From assembly GCA_003971905.1 (NCBI GenBank), contig RSEE01000093.1:186001-250000 (forward strand): a DNA stretch of 64,000 bases. Direction: 5' to 3'. A model generated the notes under the pieces. The model did no database searches and was not told the origin of the DNA. It saw only the letters and a list, made by a program, of their open reading frames with translations. Each line of letters opens with the position of its first letter. The first letter of the stretch is position 1. Positions 47,825 to 60,849 of the stretch are shown one piece after another. Position numbers and translations under genes: made by a program. The DNA comes from Moniliella sp. 'wahieum'. Its lineage: Eukaryota.

Positions 47825-50800
47825 AACCCCCACCTTACAAACGATGGTCCGCGGTCGCCCCTATCGTGGCAAACCAGAGAGGCTGTGGAAATGAAGAAGG
47901 ATGTGATTTCCGGATTGATACCAGCCAGGTCTGCTCGATACGTATATTATAGTAGACGAGCAGAGGGTTGTATGAATGAGAGTGCTCTTCTGATCGACAG
48001 AAGGTACTGACGGCTATATATTATAGAGTCAAAATCTCGTGTTCACAGCATTTTCGCCCCAATTGAAGGACGCTGATCCACCAAGGGAATAACGCCTCCT
48101 TTCAGTTTTATATAGAAGGAAGGGTTAGACGTAGCGTTCCCCCTGTCCCAGCCTTAAGCTCTGCCAATGAAATGGACGTACTCTAGAAGGAATGGTGAGG
48201 AACCTCTTTTGCTCAGTTGTGAAATGGGACAATTGTAGAAGAGAGAAGAGGACAATTTCGACCACACCAAAGAGTGGCATTCTGCATCTCGCGATCGGGT
48301 CAATACTCGGCTTTCTTTTTCAAAAACTGCGGGAGAGAAGAGCTCAAAAGGGGAGAGACAAACTGTTTTGCATTTTCCCGATGAACAACTCACAAGCTCT
48401 CTACCCAAAGCGAAGAGTTTTTCGCCGTCTGGATGGCAGAGCAGACCTCCAGCACCAAAAGGAGATGTATGAAATGACTGTGAACACATATTCTTGTAGC
48501 TGTCGAACAGGAAACTCGAATGCTAACAGGAATCAAAAACGACTGACAACTATAACGACTCTGCTGTAAGGAACCCTGCGCAGGAATGCGTACCCACCAA
48601 GCCTTTTCAGCCAGATCTCGTGAGAGGAAGCTATACATTACCGACAGAGCATTATCCGCTTTTTGGATCCGTGTATACAATACGGGGTAGGAAGAGTTTT
48701 TGTATTCTCTTTTACAGCAGACAATGACTTGTTTTTCTGATTTTTGCGCCTCACAGAGTGACGGACGAGATCCGATCGCCATCGACACGATCGCCCGTCT
48801 CCACCACAGCATCAATGCTCTAGTGCACCACCTGGACTGCATTTATCCGATTCGCTATATTACCACGGCAAACGGTTGTCGCATGTCAGGGCGGATGATG
48901 TGGGTGAGTTTTGTCTGTCGTTCTATGGACGTCTTCGCGATTGCTCCAAGGTGGGCGGGAAAGTGCATCAAATGGTAGAGGTGGAGCAGCACACAACGGT
49001 GGTGCGTCTTTTGTTTTCAGCGATGAACCCCAAGTATCCGGCCCTCTTCTCCCGAAGATGTTCTCATGTTTCGTCGTAGTGACCTATAGGGTGGACGCTC
49101 AACAAAAATCCTTCCGTTACCAGGGGCATTCCCGACGCCAATCCGCTTTTCTATAACGCAGGAAAGGGAGGCGAATTCGACCATAATGTATCGAATCGCC
49201 AGGAAAGAGGAGCTGAGGACTTGTTCATGGCTGTGATACTACCGAAATCTCCATCATGAGACTGATGACTCTCACATGGTACCCATAAGTGGGAAATCAA
49301 GTGACGAACGGGCACTGCGGGCAGGCTTTTAGCTATGGCCATTAACAAGTCCTAAGGGCACGGACTCACCACTCAACGGAGTACTGAGTATACTGCGTAA
49401 TATTGAATCTCGGTCACCTCCTCCATCCCCCCTTTACCCTCGATCGTTTCTATTTGCTCCCTGTTGTGCGTCTCCCTCACGGCATTATATTGCCGTTGGA
49501 TCTAGTAGTCGGGGGCTTCGCCGAATCGTCTCTTTGTTTTTATCAGTATGATGAGGTCTCATCAGCTGCATCAACGAGGAGAAAGAACAACGCCTATTAT
49601 ACGAGCAGCATCAGTAAAACCCGCTCGGGTTGCTGAGCCGATGACGGAAGGCGTTGATGAGGCTGTGGAGTCTATGAGGAGGGTGCTGTGGAGGGAACTG
49701 AGGATAGTATTGATGAACTCATGTAGCCGATGCAATGGACGGTGTTGAACGTTGACGTACGTGAACGTTGAACATAGAACGCTGAACGTTATCATTGGCC
49801 TGAGGGGTCCTCTACACCCACCGGCTCCTCTAACGGCCTACACTGCTGTAATATTATGATTTCCCGTTCTACAATAATACAAGTCTGGATTATAACCTAA
49901 CCCATCCCATCCACTTGGTGCTAAAAGCCGAGGAGAGGGCGAATGTCCGTGGCGTTAAGAAGATTCGATCGGCCTTGCTCGTTCTGCGATACTAAACGTA
50001 CGTTAACTACCAGGCACTGCACAGCCCCGGCCGACCAACCACATGCAGCCCAACACACATCTCCGACCCCCCCTCTCCGTGCCTTATAGCCTCAGGCCTG
50101 AGCCTGAGGGCGTCGTGCACGCGACTGGGTTCCCGCCATCTGGCCAAGAGGGGTCGCGCTGCCAGCTGCATGCGTTGCGCCAGTGCCCACGCACACTTGC
50201 GCACTGTGTGAAGCGGAGAGCAAGGGCAGATATCGTCGGCAATATATAGATCGCCAGTGGCCTTCTCTTCGGAGATTGGGCAGCTCAGATGTATCAGGTC
50301 TCAGGCCCTTAAGCCTTAGGCCTTAGGTCTCCAGGCCAGATCCCACACACCACCCCAGCCCCCCCCTGAGCCCGAGGTTCTTGCTGCTGTTGGATTCGGC
50401 TGTGGGCGAGACAAGCGGGGCTGGACGTTGGCAGGCCTCAGGGGCAAGAGTGTTGTTGGCGACGGTAATAAGGCGGTAATGCACACTGATTGGATATTGA
50501 TGCCTTTAATTTGTTTCGACAGGCAGTAGTGCGTCAGCGTCGTCCTTGAGTCCAGACGCGGCGTCGCCTCTAAGCCCCCCACGGTCCCTTATGAAGATCT
50601 CAAGCCTCAGGGCCTCAGGCTTCAAGCTTCAAATGCCAACAAGGACTGAAAATCGAACGCTGCTAGTAGGGAGTAGGTCCAGGGACAGGCGTTCTCCGTG
50701 GCTCTCGGCATGGATATTGGCGTCTGACCGTACTGAAGGGTACTGAGCTCTACCAAGCACTGTACTGAGTTACTGATTTTGACCACTGGACGACTGTCGA

Positions 50801-51775
50801 CCGGCGACCGGCGGCCGACGCCCGGGGTGCCCATGTTCTAGGCGTGTGTGAAGCTTGAAGCAGGCCAATTCAAGGGGAGGTGGTATAGGGGGGCAGGTGC
50901 GCTTGGCTGGCTTGGCCGGTTTGCCGTTCCGGCGCGCTGTATACGTAGGTGCGTACTAAACGAGGTGACGCATGACGTGCGATGCATGATGCCACTCCAG
51001 CCGAAGGTCACATCAACACTACGTTGTGTTCATTCAACTGAACGTTCCATTCAGAATTGCTCAAAACCGATTAACGACCAGGCGCTCAGCTTGCTCATGC
51101 TGCGCTCAGCACTGGACTGAGCGTCCTGAGTAACCAATAACTGAGCCTGCGCTACCTTTTTGCTGTGGCGGGATTAAGGCCTAAGGAGTAGCGATCGGGT
51201 GGTGGAGAAACAACAGGCGCTCGGGCTGTGTGTTGACACACACGCCCCCCTTCATGCTTCAAGCTTCAAGCGTCAGCGCCAGCGCTTCAGCCTCCTCCAA
51301 AGTACCTACATACCTGGTTAGCCGCTTCCAATGCACTATGCCCCTCGAATCCATCCATGCAGCCATCCATTCTAGATCCAGGGCAGCCGTCCCAGTGCAC
51401 ATCCACAACAGCTGTGACCAGCCTGCGACCCCGGCTGGCCAGGCCCGGTTACTCAGGACTAACATCCGTGCCAGTACTCAGGTCAGGCCGGCCAGGGCTC
51501 ACACGTTCCCAAGACAATTCTCCAAAGCAATAACATACAGCAGCCCTAGATCAAAACAGAGATTTTTTCTGATGGTACAGTCAACATGTGGTAGCTGGGG
51601 GTAGTGAGCCTAGTAGAAACATGTCGGAGAGCAGGTGGGGGGGGGGGAATGCGTCGCGGGCGCAGGTATTCAGAAAGGAGAAAAGGGCAAGGGAAGAGAG
51701 AGATGAAGAGGGTATCGTCACGTTCCTGGCTGAGCCATGCTGGGAGCAACTGAGCTGTCGACTCAGCTCGCCAGG

Positions 51776-53471
51776 CTATCCAACGTGAATACGTCTCTTG
51801 GGTCCAGCATCGCCGGACAATCGTCGTGCCAGTGGCTGGATCAGCTTGGTGGGGAAAGGGAGCAATGCCGGGGACGAAGTGGGTGAGCTTGTGCGACTCG
51901 GAATCGGTTGGTGTAGCACCGTCCCCGGGGCAGGATACCGTTCCGGCATCACGTCATTCGGTACCGTAGAAAGGGAGGTGGTGCACCAACCAATCCAGGT
52001 GCCGAGGCATCGCAGCCGGGACCATTTGCAGTGCCCGGGGGCAAACCCCAGGGGGCGGTACTGGTCAGGCAGCGGGGGAAGGCGCAGGTGGCTGGGGGAG
52101 AGGCGTCGATGGCACGGCCAAGGCTTGAGGAGAGGAGGCGGCGGAGAGATAGGCAACCATGTTCTGGTGCATAAAGTTGCGAATGGTAGCCATCTGCATT
52201 TGCATCTGCACGTACGTGTCGACGAGTTTGCGGGGCAACAGGCAGGGTCAAGCCAGTCGTTCGTGGACGAAGACATGAGCCAGGTCTGGGGGAGTCAACT
52301 CGGCCGCGGCGCTGAGGGGTACGGTTTGGCCAAGTCCGCCTTGCCCACCGATCCCATCGTCTGGTACCCACCACGTCCATCTGAAGCTGGGGGTCACAGC
52401 GGTAGGGACATTGACGGATGGGGGGGGAAGGGAAGGGCCTCGTCGAGAAGGTGGAATGGGACGAAGGACTCAGGAGCGGGAGAGAATCGATCGCAGTGGT
52501 TCCGGACGAGGAAAAGGATGCCGAGGTAGGGATGAACCCAAGGAAGACGCGATGGTATCCGATGGAGGGTGGTTCCTTCGGAGCTTGCCCCGTTCGAGGT
52601 AAAGGTACCGCTCGAGGTGGGTGAAGAGGTTGAAGGAGAGGCCTGAGGATACGGGTGAAATAGAGGGGCCGCCATTGGCGAGCCAAGTTGAATGTCCCTG
52701 ACACCGTTTGTAGCCCTGTCGGGTTGGAACAAGGGTTGGTGGGAGAGGTCAGGCTATTCAGCGAGATTCGCAATGCTTGAACCTGGAAAGACACAGCGAT
52801 GCTGCCGAGCCAGGTTCAAAAGCCGCGTATGGCCATCGTCGGGGGAAGCGCTGCCGGTCTCATTGGCCGATTCGGGCGTAGACGCAGTAAAAGCTGTGGA
52901 GGTAGCGGCAGTGCCAGCAGTAGCCTCTTTGCTTGCCTCCAGGGGTTACGGCGGGCAAATTTGGCACAGCGTGCGCATTTTTATTTTCGGTACATGACAT
53001 GCAAGCTGCGTATTCCAGGCCATGAGGTCAATGACAGGTCAAGGAGGAGGAGGGTTGAAGGATCAGGGGCTGGGGGGGGGGGAAACGTACCCTGTTGTGC
53101 TTGCGCAGCTGGCCGACAACTAGGCTTGCCCTCCGGAAGACGTCCTTGTGGAGGCGAGCGTGGCGCACGAGCGAGTCGTGGCGGCTAAACGTCTTGCTGC
53201 AGCAGGGGCACTGGAAGGGACGGTAGTCCACATGGCGGTATTCATGGCGCTGGAGGTGGAGCAGACGGGCAAAAGAGCGTCCGCATTCTTTGCATACAAA
53301 CTGGCGCGAAGGCGACGCACTTGCTGCCGAGGCGGATGCTGCGCCGGCACCACTGGAGGCCAAGCCGTCACTGCTGCGACGGCGGCGGTGGCGGCGGGGG
53401 TTTGCGCCGGAGCCAGTGGCGGGGGCAGGGGGTGGCCCGGACGGGAAGGCAGGGTCACTGTGGGTGTCCAT
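51776..53471 (-). CDS. C2H2 zinc-finger transcription factor (two fingers plus a 4-Cys motif)
   Basis: 'FVCKECGRSFARLLHLQRHEYRHVDYRPFQCPCCSKTFSRHDSLVRHARLH'; intron from 53090 to ~53006, then 'CMSCTENK.CARC'. Ser/Pro-rich tail with frameshifts; 3' end uncertain. Confidence 0.8.
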
Positions 53472-56400
53472 GACGAGGGGCGGTGAAAGCGGTGGCGGGC
53501 GGGCGGAAGGGCGTGCGGGGGTGAGCACGTTGAGCGAGAAAGGGCGCGGGGGTATATATGAAAACCCCTCGTCCCGTCGTGCTCAACTCTGGGTTTCGAC
53601 ACACGGCCCTCGTGCCGCACCGCCCCGGGTGCGGACGCTCCCCCGTGGTGCTGCTCGTTCTTTGGGCCGTACCAATGGCCCACTGCCCCGTGCTGGCCGC
53701 GGCCAGCGGCCTGTTTTCTCTTTGCGCTGCTCGGCGCCGCTCGCTCTCTCGCAGGTACGTACCAGCGTTTAGCGCTTCTGGGCGCCTAGCCTCCAGCAGC
53801 TTAAGCCCGCCGCAGCGTGCATTGTGCATTAGTATTAGTTGCCGTCCAAGACTAACGCGCACCGCGTAACGTCTACTGCGCATCCCGACGAAGCTGGTTG
53901 CAGCGGGGACGGGGGCAGTGTCGCGTGCTGCGCCTCAGCGCCCCGGCTGAGCATGCGGGTGGCGTGCCGAGGCCGGGGGCGCACACAGGCAGCACACGCC
54001 CTGCACTGTGCCGCGATGCCTTGCCACCGCAGCACGCCGCAGGGGTGGGCGCGGCGCTGAGGCTCCGTCGGCACGCGTCACATATCATACGTCATGCACA
54101 TGCGTCATTCGTCACAGGTGACACATGTCACAGCGGAGGTCCACGTACCAACGGGCAGGGCGCTCCGCGGTAAAAAGCGGGTACAGCAGGCACAGCGTCC
54201 AGCGTCCAGCCGCACGCAGCCAACGCCGAGGTTGAAATTTGAAGCTGGAAGGGGCACAGGGTGGCTGGTGGCGGGCGGCCACGAGTCAGCGCGAGCGCTC
54301 AGCCCTTCGGTCAAGCTGCAAGCTTCAAGCTTCAAGGGGCGCCAGGAGTGCCTGTATGCGTGGCTGACTAAAACATCCCAGCGCCAGTGCCTGGCCTGGC
54401 TGCAAGCATGCGTATTACGTGGGTAGCGTTACGTCGGGAACAAGCGTAGGACGACACTGCCGCTGTGCCTTCCCCGCACTCGGCGTATGCTCTGGGGTGC
54501 GCCAGGGTGCTGGCCTCTTGTGGCATTTGAAATCGGACGCAGCTGCCAGAGCGTATGCGCCTGTTGCATGTTACGGGGGCTGACAGACTGGCGTGAGATG
54601 ATTGATGCACATGGTAGGCCTCGCCTGTACAGGCAGCTAGCAAAGGTGGCTGGATGCAGGATGTTGGATGCTGTTCGGATGTGCGATCTGAGATCGGATG
54701 CATGATCCAGGGCCAGCGCTCCAGCGCGTTTGTATGTTGGTGCTGGTTTGGTGCCACCTGCTGTCATACACAGTTCGACCATTTTTGTCCATGTCAGGCC
54801 TCGGGTTGCTCATGACATGCATCAGCTGAGCGGCACCGTGGCAGCTGCTGTAACCAGGCTGCGTCCGGCGTAAAGCTGTACCCCTGCCGCTTGCGTCCCC
54901 CCTGGCGAGGGCCCAAGCGTCAGTGAGAGGGTGGCAAACCAGCATCCTGGCTCCGTAGCGCTCACATGCTCAGGGCGACCTGTGACATGTGACCGGTGCC
55001 CTGTATATACATGTCGCACCAATGCATCAATCATCAGTTCCTTCTCGTATCTCTCTCGATGGGACCTGCGAGACGGAGAAAACGCAGAGGACAGAGAGCG
55101 AACACAGGCGAGAGCAGTTTCCGCGTCTCTCTCGGCCTCGGCAGCCTCGGCCTCGGCATCGAGTCTTCTCGGGCAAATCAAAACACATGCCTGCCGTCGC
55201 GATAAATGTGGCATCTCCATCCTAGCACAAACCCATTCGCGTCAAATGGCGCATGTCACATGTTGTCACACTGCATGGCGTCACTCACCAGGCCTCAGAT
55301 GCTAGTCGCCAATTGCCAGGTACTACTGAATCAAAAATGACAATCGTCGCCCACGGTTACGTCACGCGTCACGCTAATGCCGCTGCGATACAAGCGTTAC
55401 CGTTACGCGTTACGCGCAGGTAAGAACAGACGTTAAATTTTAAACGTGTCAACGCGTAACGCGCAGAACGTCTGACCACATGCCCAGCCCCTTGTCCCTG
55501 CCAACTGCATCCTGCACATCGGCACGATCCAGCTCCAGGGGCACATCCATCTTCCAATGCCCATGCTCAGGGGCACCTGGGAGAGCCCACGAAATCCAGC
55601 TTAGTAGCACTGTGCGTCGGTGATGTGACCGTGCGGGATAGCAGGAAGAAATGTGTGGGATATGGTACCGGCGCAACATACACCAGCGTACACCTTTGTC
55701 TTACATGTTACAAACGAGAGCAACATGAGAAGCAAGCCACCGCCTAGCTCGCTGGGGCCGGTCACGATAGGCCACTAGGTCACTACTCAGCCGGTCAGGT
55801 TATCTCTCCTCAGGACCTCGCAGGCCCTCAAAAACCAAGGACGGCCAGGCTGGTCAGAGGCTGCCTCACAGGCCTCAGGTAACCAACAAAAAAAACGAAT
55901 GTGTGTGTGAATTATTGACAGGCCCGCGCGTCAAGGTGGCGCTAGACTCCCCCCTTTTTCCCTGTGGTGTGTCGGAGTACCAACACCTGCACCAGCACGC
56001 ATCAGGGGCCTCACACGCGTCACGGGGCTTCACATATATATCAGCTACAGGATAAACCCGCCGTGTCAATGCAAAAGCGGCTTTTACGAGCTTAATTAGC
56101 TGCCGGCGATCATCGATCAAAATTCAATGCGTGTTGTCTTCCGTTTACCTTTACCGGTCCACAGACCACGGCGGCAATACGATGTGGGAGCGGAGAAGTG
56201 AAAGCGGCGAAGCGGAGACCGAAACCAAGGCTGGCACCGAAGTGAAAGGTGGCAACGGAAGCGGAATCAAACTTGCCGTGTCACGTGCCTGTCTCGCATT
56301 CTTTGTATGCTCTTCTAAGATCTAAGCGCTAGTAAGCCACGACGCCGTTCCGAGTCCCCCAGGAAGCAGATGATCGACGGAACTGAGGGTGTTTCTGCTG

Positions 56401-56759
56401 CTGATCGACATGGACTACGGAACGGTGGAGGATGGAACGGTAACGCGCTGGAGACTTGTGCGGGAACAGTCCTGGGCGCACCCATGACAGTTCCTCACGG
56501 ACTTTCCCCGATAGGCAGGAAACGAGAGGAGGGGACAAGAGGGGGAGAGAAAAGGAGGGGGGAGAGGCCAACAGGAAGACTTCTGTTGTGCGTGGCCATG
56601 TAGTGCCCCAGCAGCGAGATCTCGCCTGCAATTTTCTGCTTCATATTTTCTTCTCTGGGCCTCAATGCGTTTGGTGCCGCGCCTGCAAAGAGAAGAGCAG
56701 GAGGTGCATACGGTGTATTATAGAAGAACAGAGATCAGGCACTGGTGGTGCAGTATTGC

Positions 56760-58080
56760 ATTGCACATGAACTACGCGTGGAGTCTATGACGGTGGCTTC
56801 ACCTTAGGACACAACAGGGGAATAGTGTCGGGGTAAATAGCGAGGAGTCAATGGTCGACAATGACAAGGGTATGTGTATCCCCACGCGCCTGGACGAGGA
56901 AAATGTGGACGACAATGAGGTAAAGTCAAACGAGAAGAGCGAGAGACTAGTCTAGATGAAGTAGTGGCCAATCGCAATTTGAGGCGGAGCAATGACTCGG
57001 GACGGATGACTTGGAGTACAAAGCCATGAGGGCAGTTCCAGAGTGACATCCCTACCTCAGAAGCGTTCAAAACGGGTAAGGAGTGGTAGAATGAGAGTGC
57101 TGGAAGCTGGAGGATTAACGCCAAATACCACAGTTGGCGTGGGGGTTACATCAGAGGCCTGAATCATCAACAGTATCACGCGGCATGATGGTATTGGGCG
57201 AGGTGACACTGTTGGGGGCTCGGTGCGGAGGAATAATAAGGGTATACTACTAGCTGGAGTCGGTGGAGAAACGAAGAGATCGCACCCGGTTCGTCTCGGA
57301 AGATATATAGATACCTTTAGCGCCCACCCAAGAGGGACTCAGCTTCCAATAAGTCCGTGCAATCGACGAAAGATGATATGTGCATGTGGAATACTTCTGG
57401 GGAACGAGAGGGGCACCATGAAAGCTCCAGCGTAAGAGTATCAGGACAAGTGGCCTGTGTTATTAGTGTCAATGCCTTCACTGTGCACATAACCTCCCAT
57501 TGCTACTATATTTGGGTTGGTGGTGAAGATGAAGATGGATAGATGACATTTCTGATGTCATGTTGAATGCAGATATGTGGTTGGTCGCCTCAAATAACGA
57601 TCAACTAATGGTGGGTCCAGGTTTCAGCACCGACTCACGCCAACAAGGCCACAGAGGCCTCTCGAGATTCCCAACAAACCCTTTCTTCTGGTGACGTTTA
57701 TTGCATGCAGCGCCACAGCGCCAAATGAAGATCCAGGAAATGAGTCAAGAACAGCGCAAGAACATCAACGAGGCATATGGCCGCCATGTGCCTGAGCACA
57801 GCAAACTGCGGCCAACTACACTTGACTTTACTCCATGCCGACAGCCAGGTGCCTTGAGAGCTCGCCGACAGCCATCAGGTCCCGATCGGCCTCCACATCA
57901 TCCGTCCCTGGGCCGTTCCTCTCTCGCACACAGCACCCCGCCAAGAGTGTGATCTGGTGTTACCGCTTCAGCACATCATGGCTTGTGCGTTCCCGCTCCC
58001 ATCCAAGGCTGGCGCACTGCAGACTGTGCGGGAGCCGATCCGATATCATGTGCGCGCATCCCGGACACTCATGTTCTCAC
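56760..58080 (+). mobile_element. Highly decayed piggyBac-like (DDE_Tnp_1_7) transposase relic
   Basis: Collinear degenerate motifs: 'ELRVESM' (cf. xDESM, ~56770), 'GSVRRNNKG' (cf. GTVRxNRKG, 57217), 'YQDKWPVLLVS' (cf. WxDxKxVxxLS, 57439), 'YIWVGGEDEDG' (cf. YNxxMGGVDxxD, ~57505), 'RST-WWVQ' (cf. RxxKWW, ~57600), Cys-rich end 'CRLCGSRSDIMC' (~58020). Confidence 0.5.
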
Positions 58081-58593
58081 TGATCCCACCGAGGAGGAAT
58101 TATGAGAGAGAGGAAAGACGTGGAAGGAAAGAAGGAAGGCCACAGGCATACGGCCGATCATGTCGATCATGGGAGAGGGAATGTTCGGAGGATCGGGGAT
58201 GGAGTGAATCACACTCTGACTCAGGTACCAACGAGGACAAATGTGTCCCGAAAAAGGTGGTACACGAGGAGACAGCAAAAACGCCTGCGTGGAACATCAG
58301 TGGGGGCGCCGCATCTACTGTTTCATCAGCTGCATCATGCATCAGTAACAGCAATGCGCCAAGAGCGCCAAGAGTCAGATACGACTAAGAATGTGTCATT
58401 CTTTCCCCAGAGGTCATGTTTGATGGCACATGCCAGTGGGCGCTATAGCGGCAGCCTATAGGCTGCCACGGAGGTTGCCAGTAAATTGTTTGGGCATCCG
58501 AGGAAAATCTCATCATCGAAGAGTCTCATTCTGGGGTGCGGCCTTCCGTCTCCGTTCTCGACCCCCCCCTCTGTTTGCGCCCTCGCAGCGGGT

Positions 58594-58794
58594 TGTCATA
58601 CTTTGGCTGATATCTCGGTCCCACCATTTCCAATTTTTTCGCGTCCCGCGAGCGTCTCGCTCTTTCCTTGTTTCTTGTTCCGCTTTTCCTCATGTCTTTT
58701 GCTCTTGTTTTGCCACGAACGATTTAATCTCGACTCTGGTCTCTCCTATGGTCTCCCTCGTCTTTGTTAGAGCCCAGAGACTGTAGGAGTGACA
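58594..58794 (+). mobile_element. Solo LTR-like element, copy 3
   Basis: TGTCA...TGACA termini with a perfect 5-bp target-site duplication CGGGT on both sides. Internal ccatttccaattt, gagcgtctcg and ccacgaacgatt are shared with copy 1. Confidence 0.8.
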
Positions 58795-60849
58795 CGGGTT
58801 ATTATTATTGCCTTTTCTCCCACAAGTGATTGTGCATCCCCTACTGTAATTGCATCACTACCACATTCCTTCCCCTTGTCGTGCTCGCCTTCCACACCTC
58901 TACGCGGGAGGGGAGCTATCACCATCCGGTAACGGTTGTCCGCAATCGGTTGCGTGTGTTGGTTACGCACTCTGCGCGTACGACTCGTCCCAAAAAAGCA
59001 CGAAACCGCAAATTAAACATGCCACTGCATAGCTTTACGGTGACGTGGTGACGTGACGCGTGATGGCGTTCTGGCCTTGTCACACGACCGCAGTCCACAT
59101 ATGAGGAGGGCAGCCATTGTCAGGCACACCGCAGTTCACAGGCGGGGTTTGCATTATATGCAAATCGTTTGGTATTCAAAATCGGTGTTTGGCGCCTCCG
59201 GCCTCCGTACCCGGCATGGTCAGCTTCCATGTCCCTCATCTCGTAGGATCTAAGCTCTATTAAGGCCCTAAGGCCTAAGGGCCTATAATAGTCCTTTTAG
59301 ACACACTAGTCAGTCTGAGATCTGACTATTGAACGTTTTGAACGTACTATACGTTGAACTGAATCGGGGCCATATCTGATTGCGGCAGAAACTCGTCCCT
59401 GGGCAACAGATTCCAAAAGCCTGAGGCTCAGCGCTGGGCGCCCGATCCTGCAGCAAGTGCATAACACTTGCGGATGCGTGACGCTGCGCGGTTACTCAAT
59501 AGGTGCAGTTGCCCGGGACCGGCGGCCGGGGGGCCTGCGACCGATGGGCGAGATGGAATTGGAAGGTGATGGACCGCGACCGGGCACGGCGACCGCTGGT
59601 ATCGCCGGAGTACAGAGCGCCGGATGCTTTGGCCGAACGCCACTGGAGCAACGCGTACAAGTTGCCGCGGGCCCAGCACTAGCCAGCAGTACGCGCAGTC
59701 CGCACCCTGTATTGAATTTGAGGTCTGAGGCCCTGAATACTGAGTCCGGGGTCTGAGACCAGGCACTGTTACTGAGTTTATACGTTCATTGTTCTGAATG
59801 CACTACTGAGTTAACTGAGTTATTAGTGACTAAAGAGCAATACATTAGCGCACCGATTAATAATAAGCTGCTTTCTAGTTGCCATGGTAGTTACTGTGTA
59901 TTAGGTTACTGCTGTCGCTGACTAGCAGCCAGGGGCGAGTCTAATGAGTAGGACTTCCAAGTGGAAGCGATATGGCTACAATGTGAGCACCATGTGAGTG
60001 TGACATGTTGTAGGGGCGGGGTTTGTACCTAGTACTTCTAGAGTACTCAATCTTTAAGTGATGCATCTCTGTGATATATGCATGTGTGTTGCGTATCCGT
60101 ATTCCTGTGTATCGATCGTGCATCCCAGGAGAAAAGCTGATCACAAAGACGATTGTCACTATCCAGAACAACGCGTTGGGGCCAGAGCAGTACATCAATA
60201 TGAAATGCCATTTAGGGGTGCATGGGAAAAACGGAGGCACTGTGAAGCGTCCGGTGTGATCAAAAGTGGAGAGAAGGCTGACGAAGGGACCCTCGGAGAT
60301 GTATAGTATACTTTTGCGCTATACTCTTTCGCCGTTTGTAATATGCACATGCATCGCAAGAACCAGACCCCAGTCCCGGGCCTCTGTTGGGAAGTATAGA
60401 GGGACGCACAATCGTTGAGTGTTGAGCGTGAGTGCCACGGCTTGAAAAATGCGAAATGATCCTATGTGTATACCCGTTACGTGTTACGTTGAACATTGAG
60501 GAGATAGGTGGGCTGTGCAAGTTTGAGCATTATCAGTGAAGAGACCTGCCAAAACTGTTAGGGGGGGCGTGTACAGAAAACGTGTTGCGCTGGTTCTGTC
60601 CTTGGGGGACAGAGATGCTTCGACGATCTGATCTATATCTGAAGGCTGCACACAACACGGCCAACTAGTCCAACTGTCAGTCGTTTGGTGTGTGTGGCAA
60701 CTTGAACATCCATACCGATCATCACAATTGTGCAGAAGGGTCTAGCCCTGGGCCATCCTCGAGCCCTTGTTTTGCCGAAAAAAAGCCGTGGACGCAGCAG
60801 CCAGCGTTAGCCGGTAACCAACGTTCACAGTATTCTGAGGTGGTGAGTC

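Noticed and set aside
48192..48569. SWIM zinc finger or MULE transposase relic ('YEMTVNTYSCSC')
   Set aside because: Single partial motif with no downstream CxH and no other transposase motifs found.
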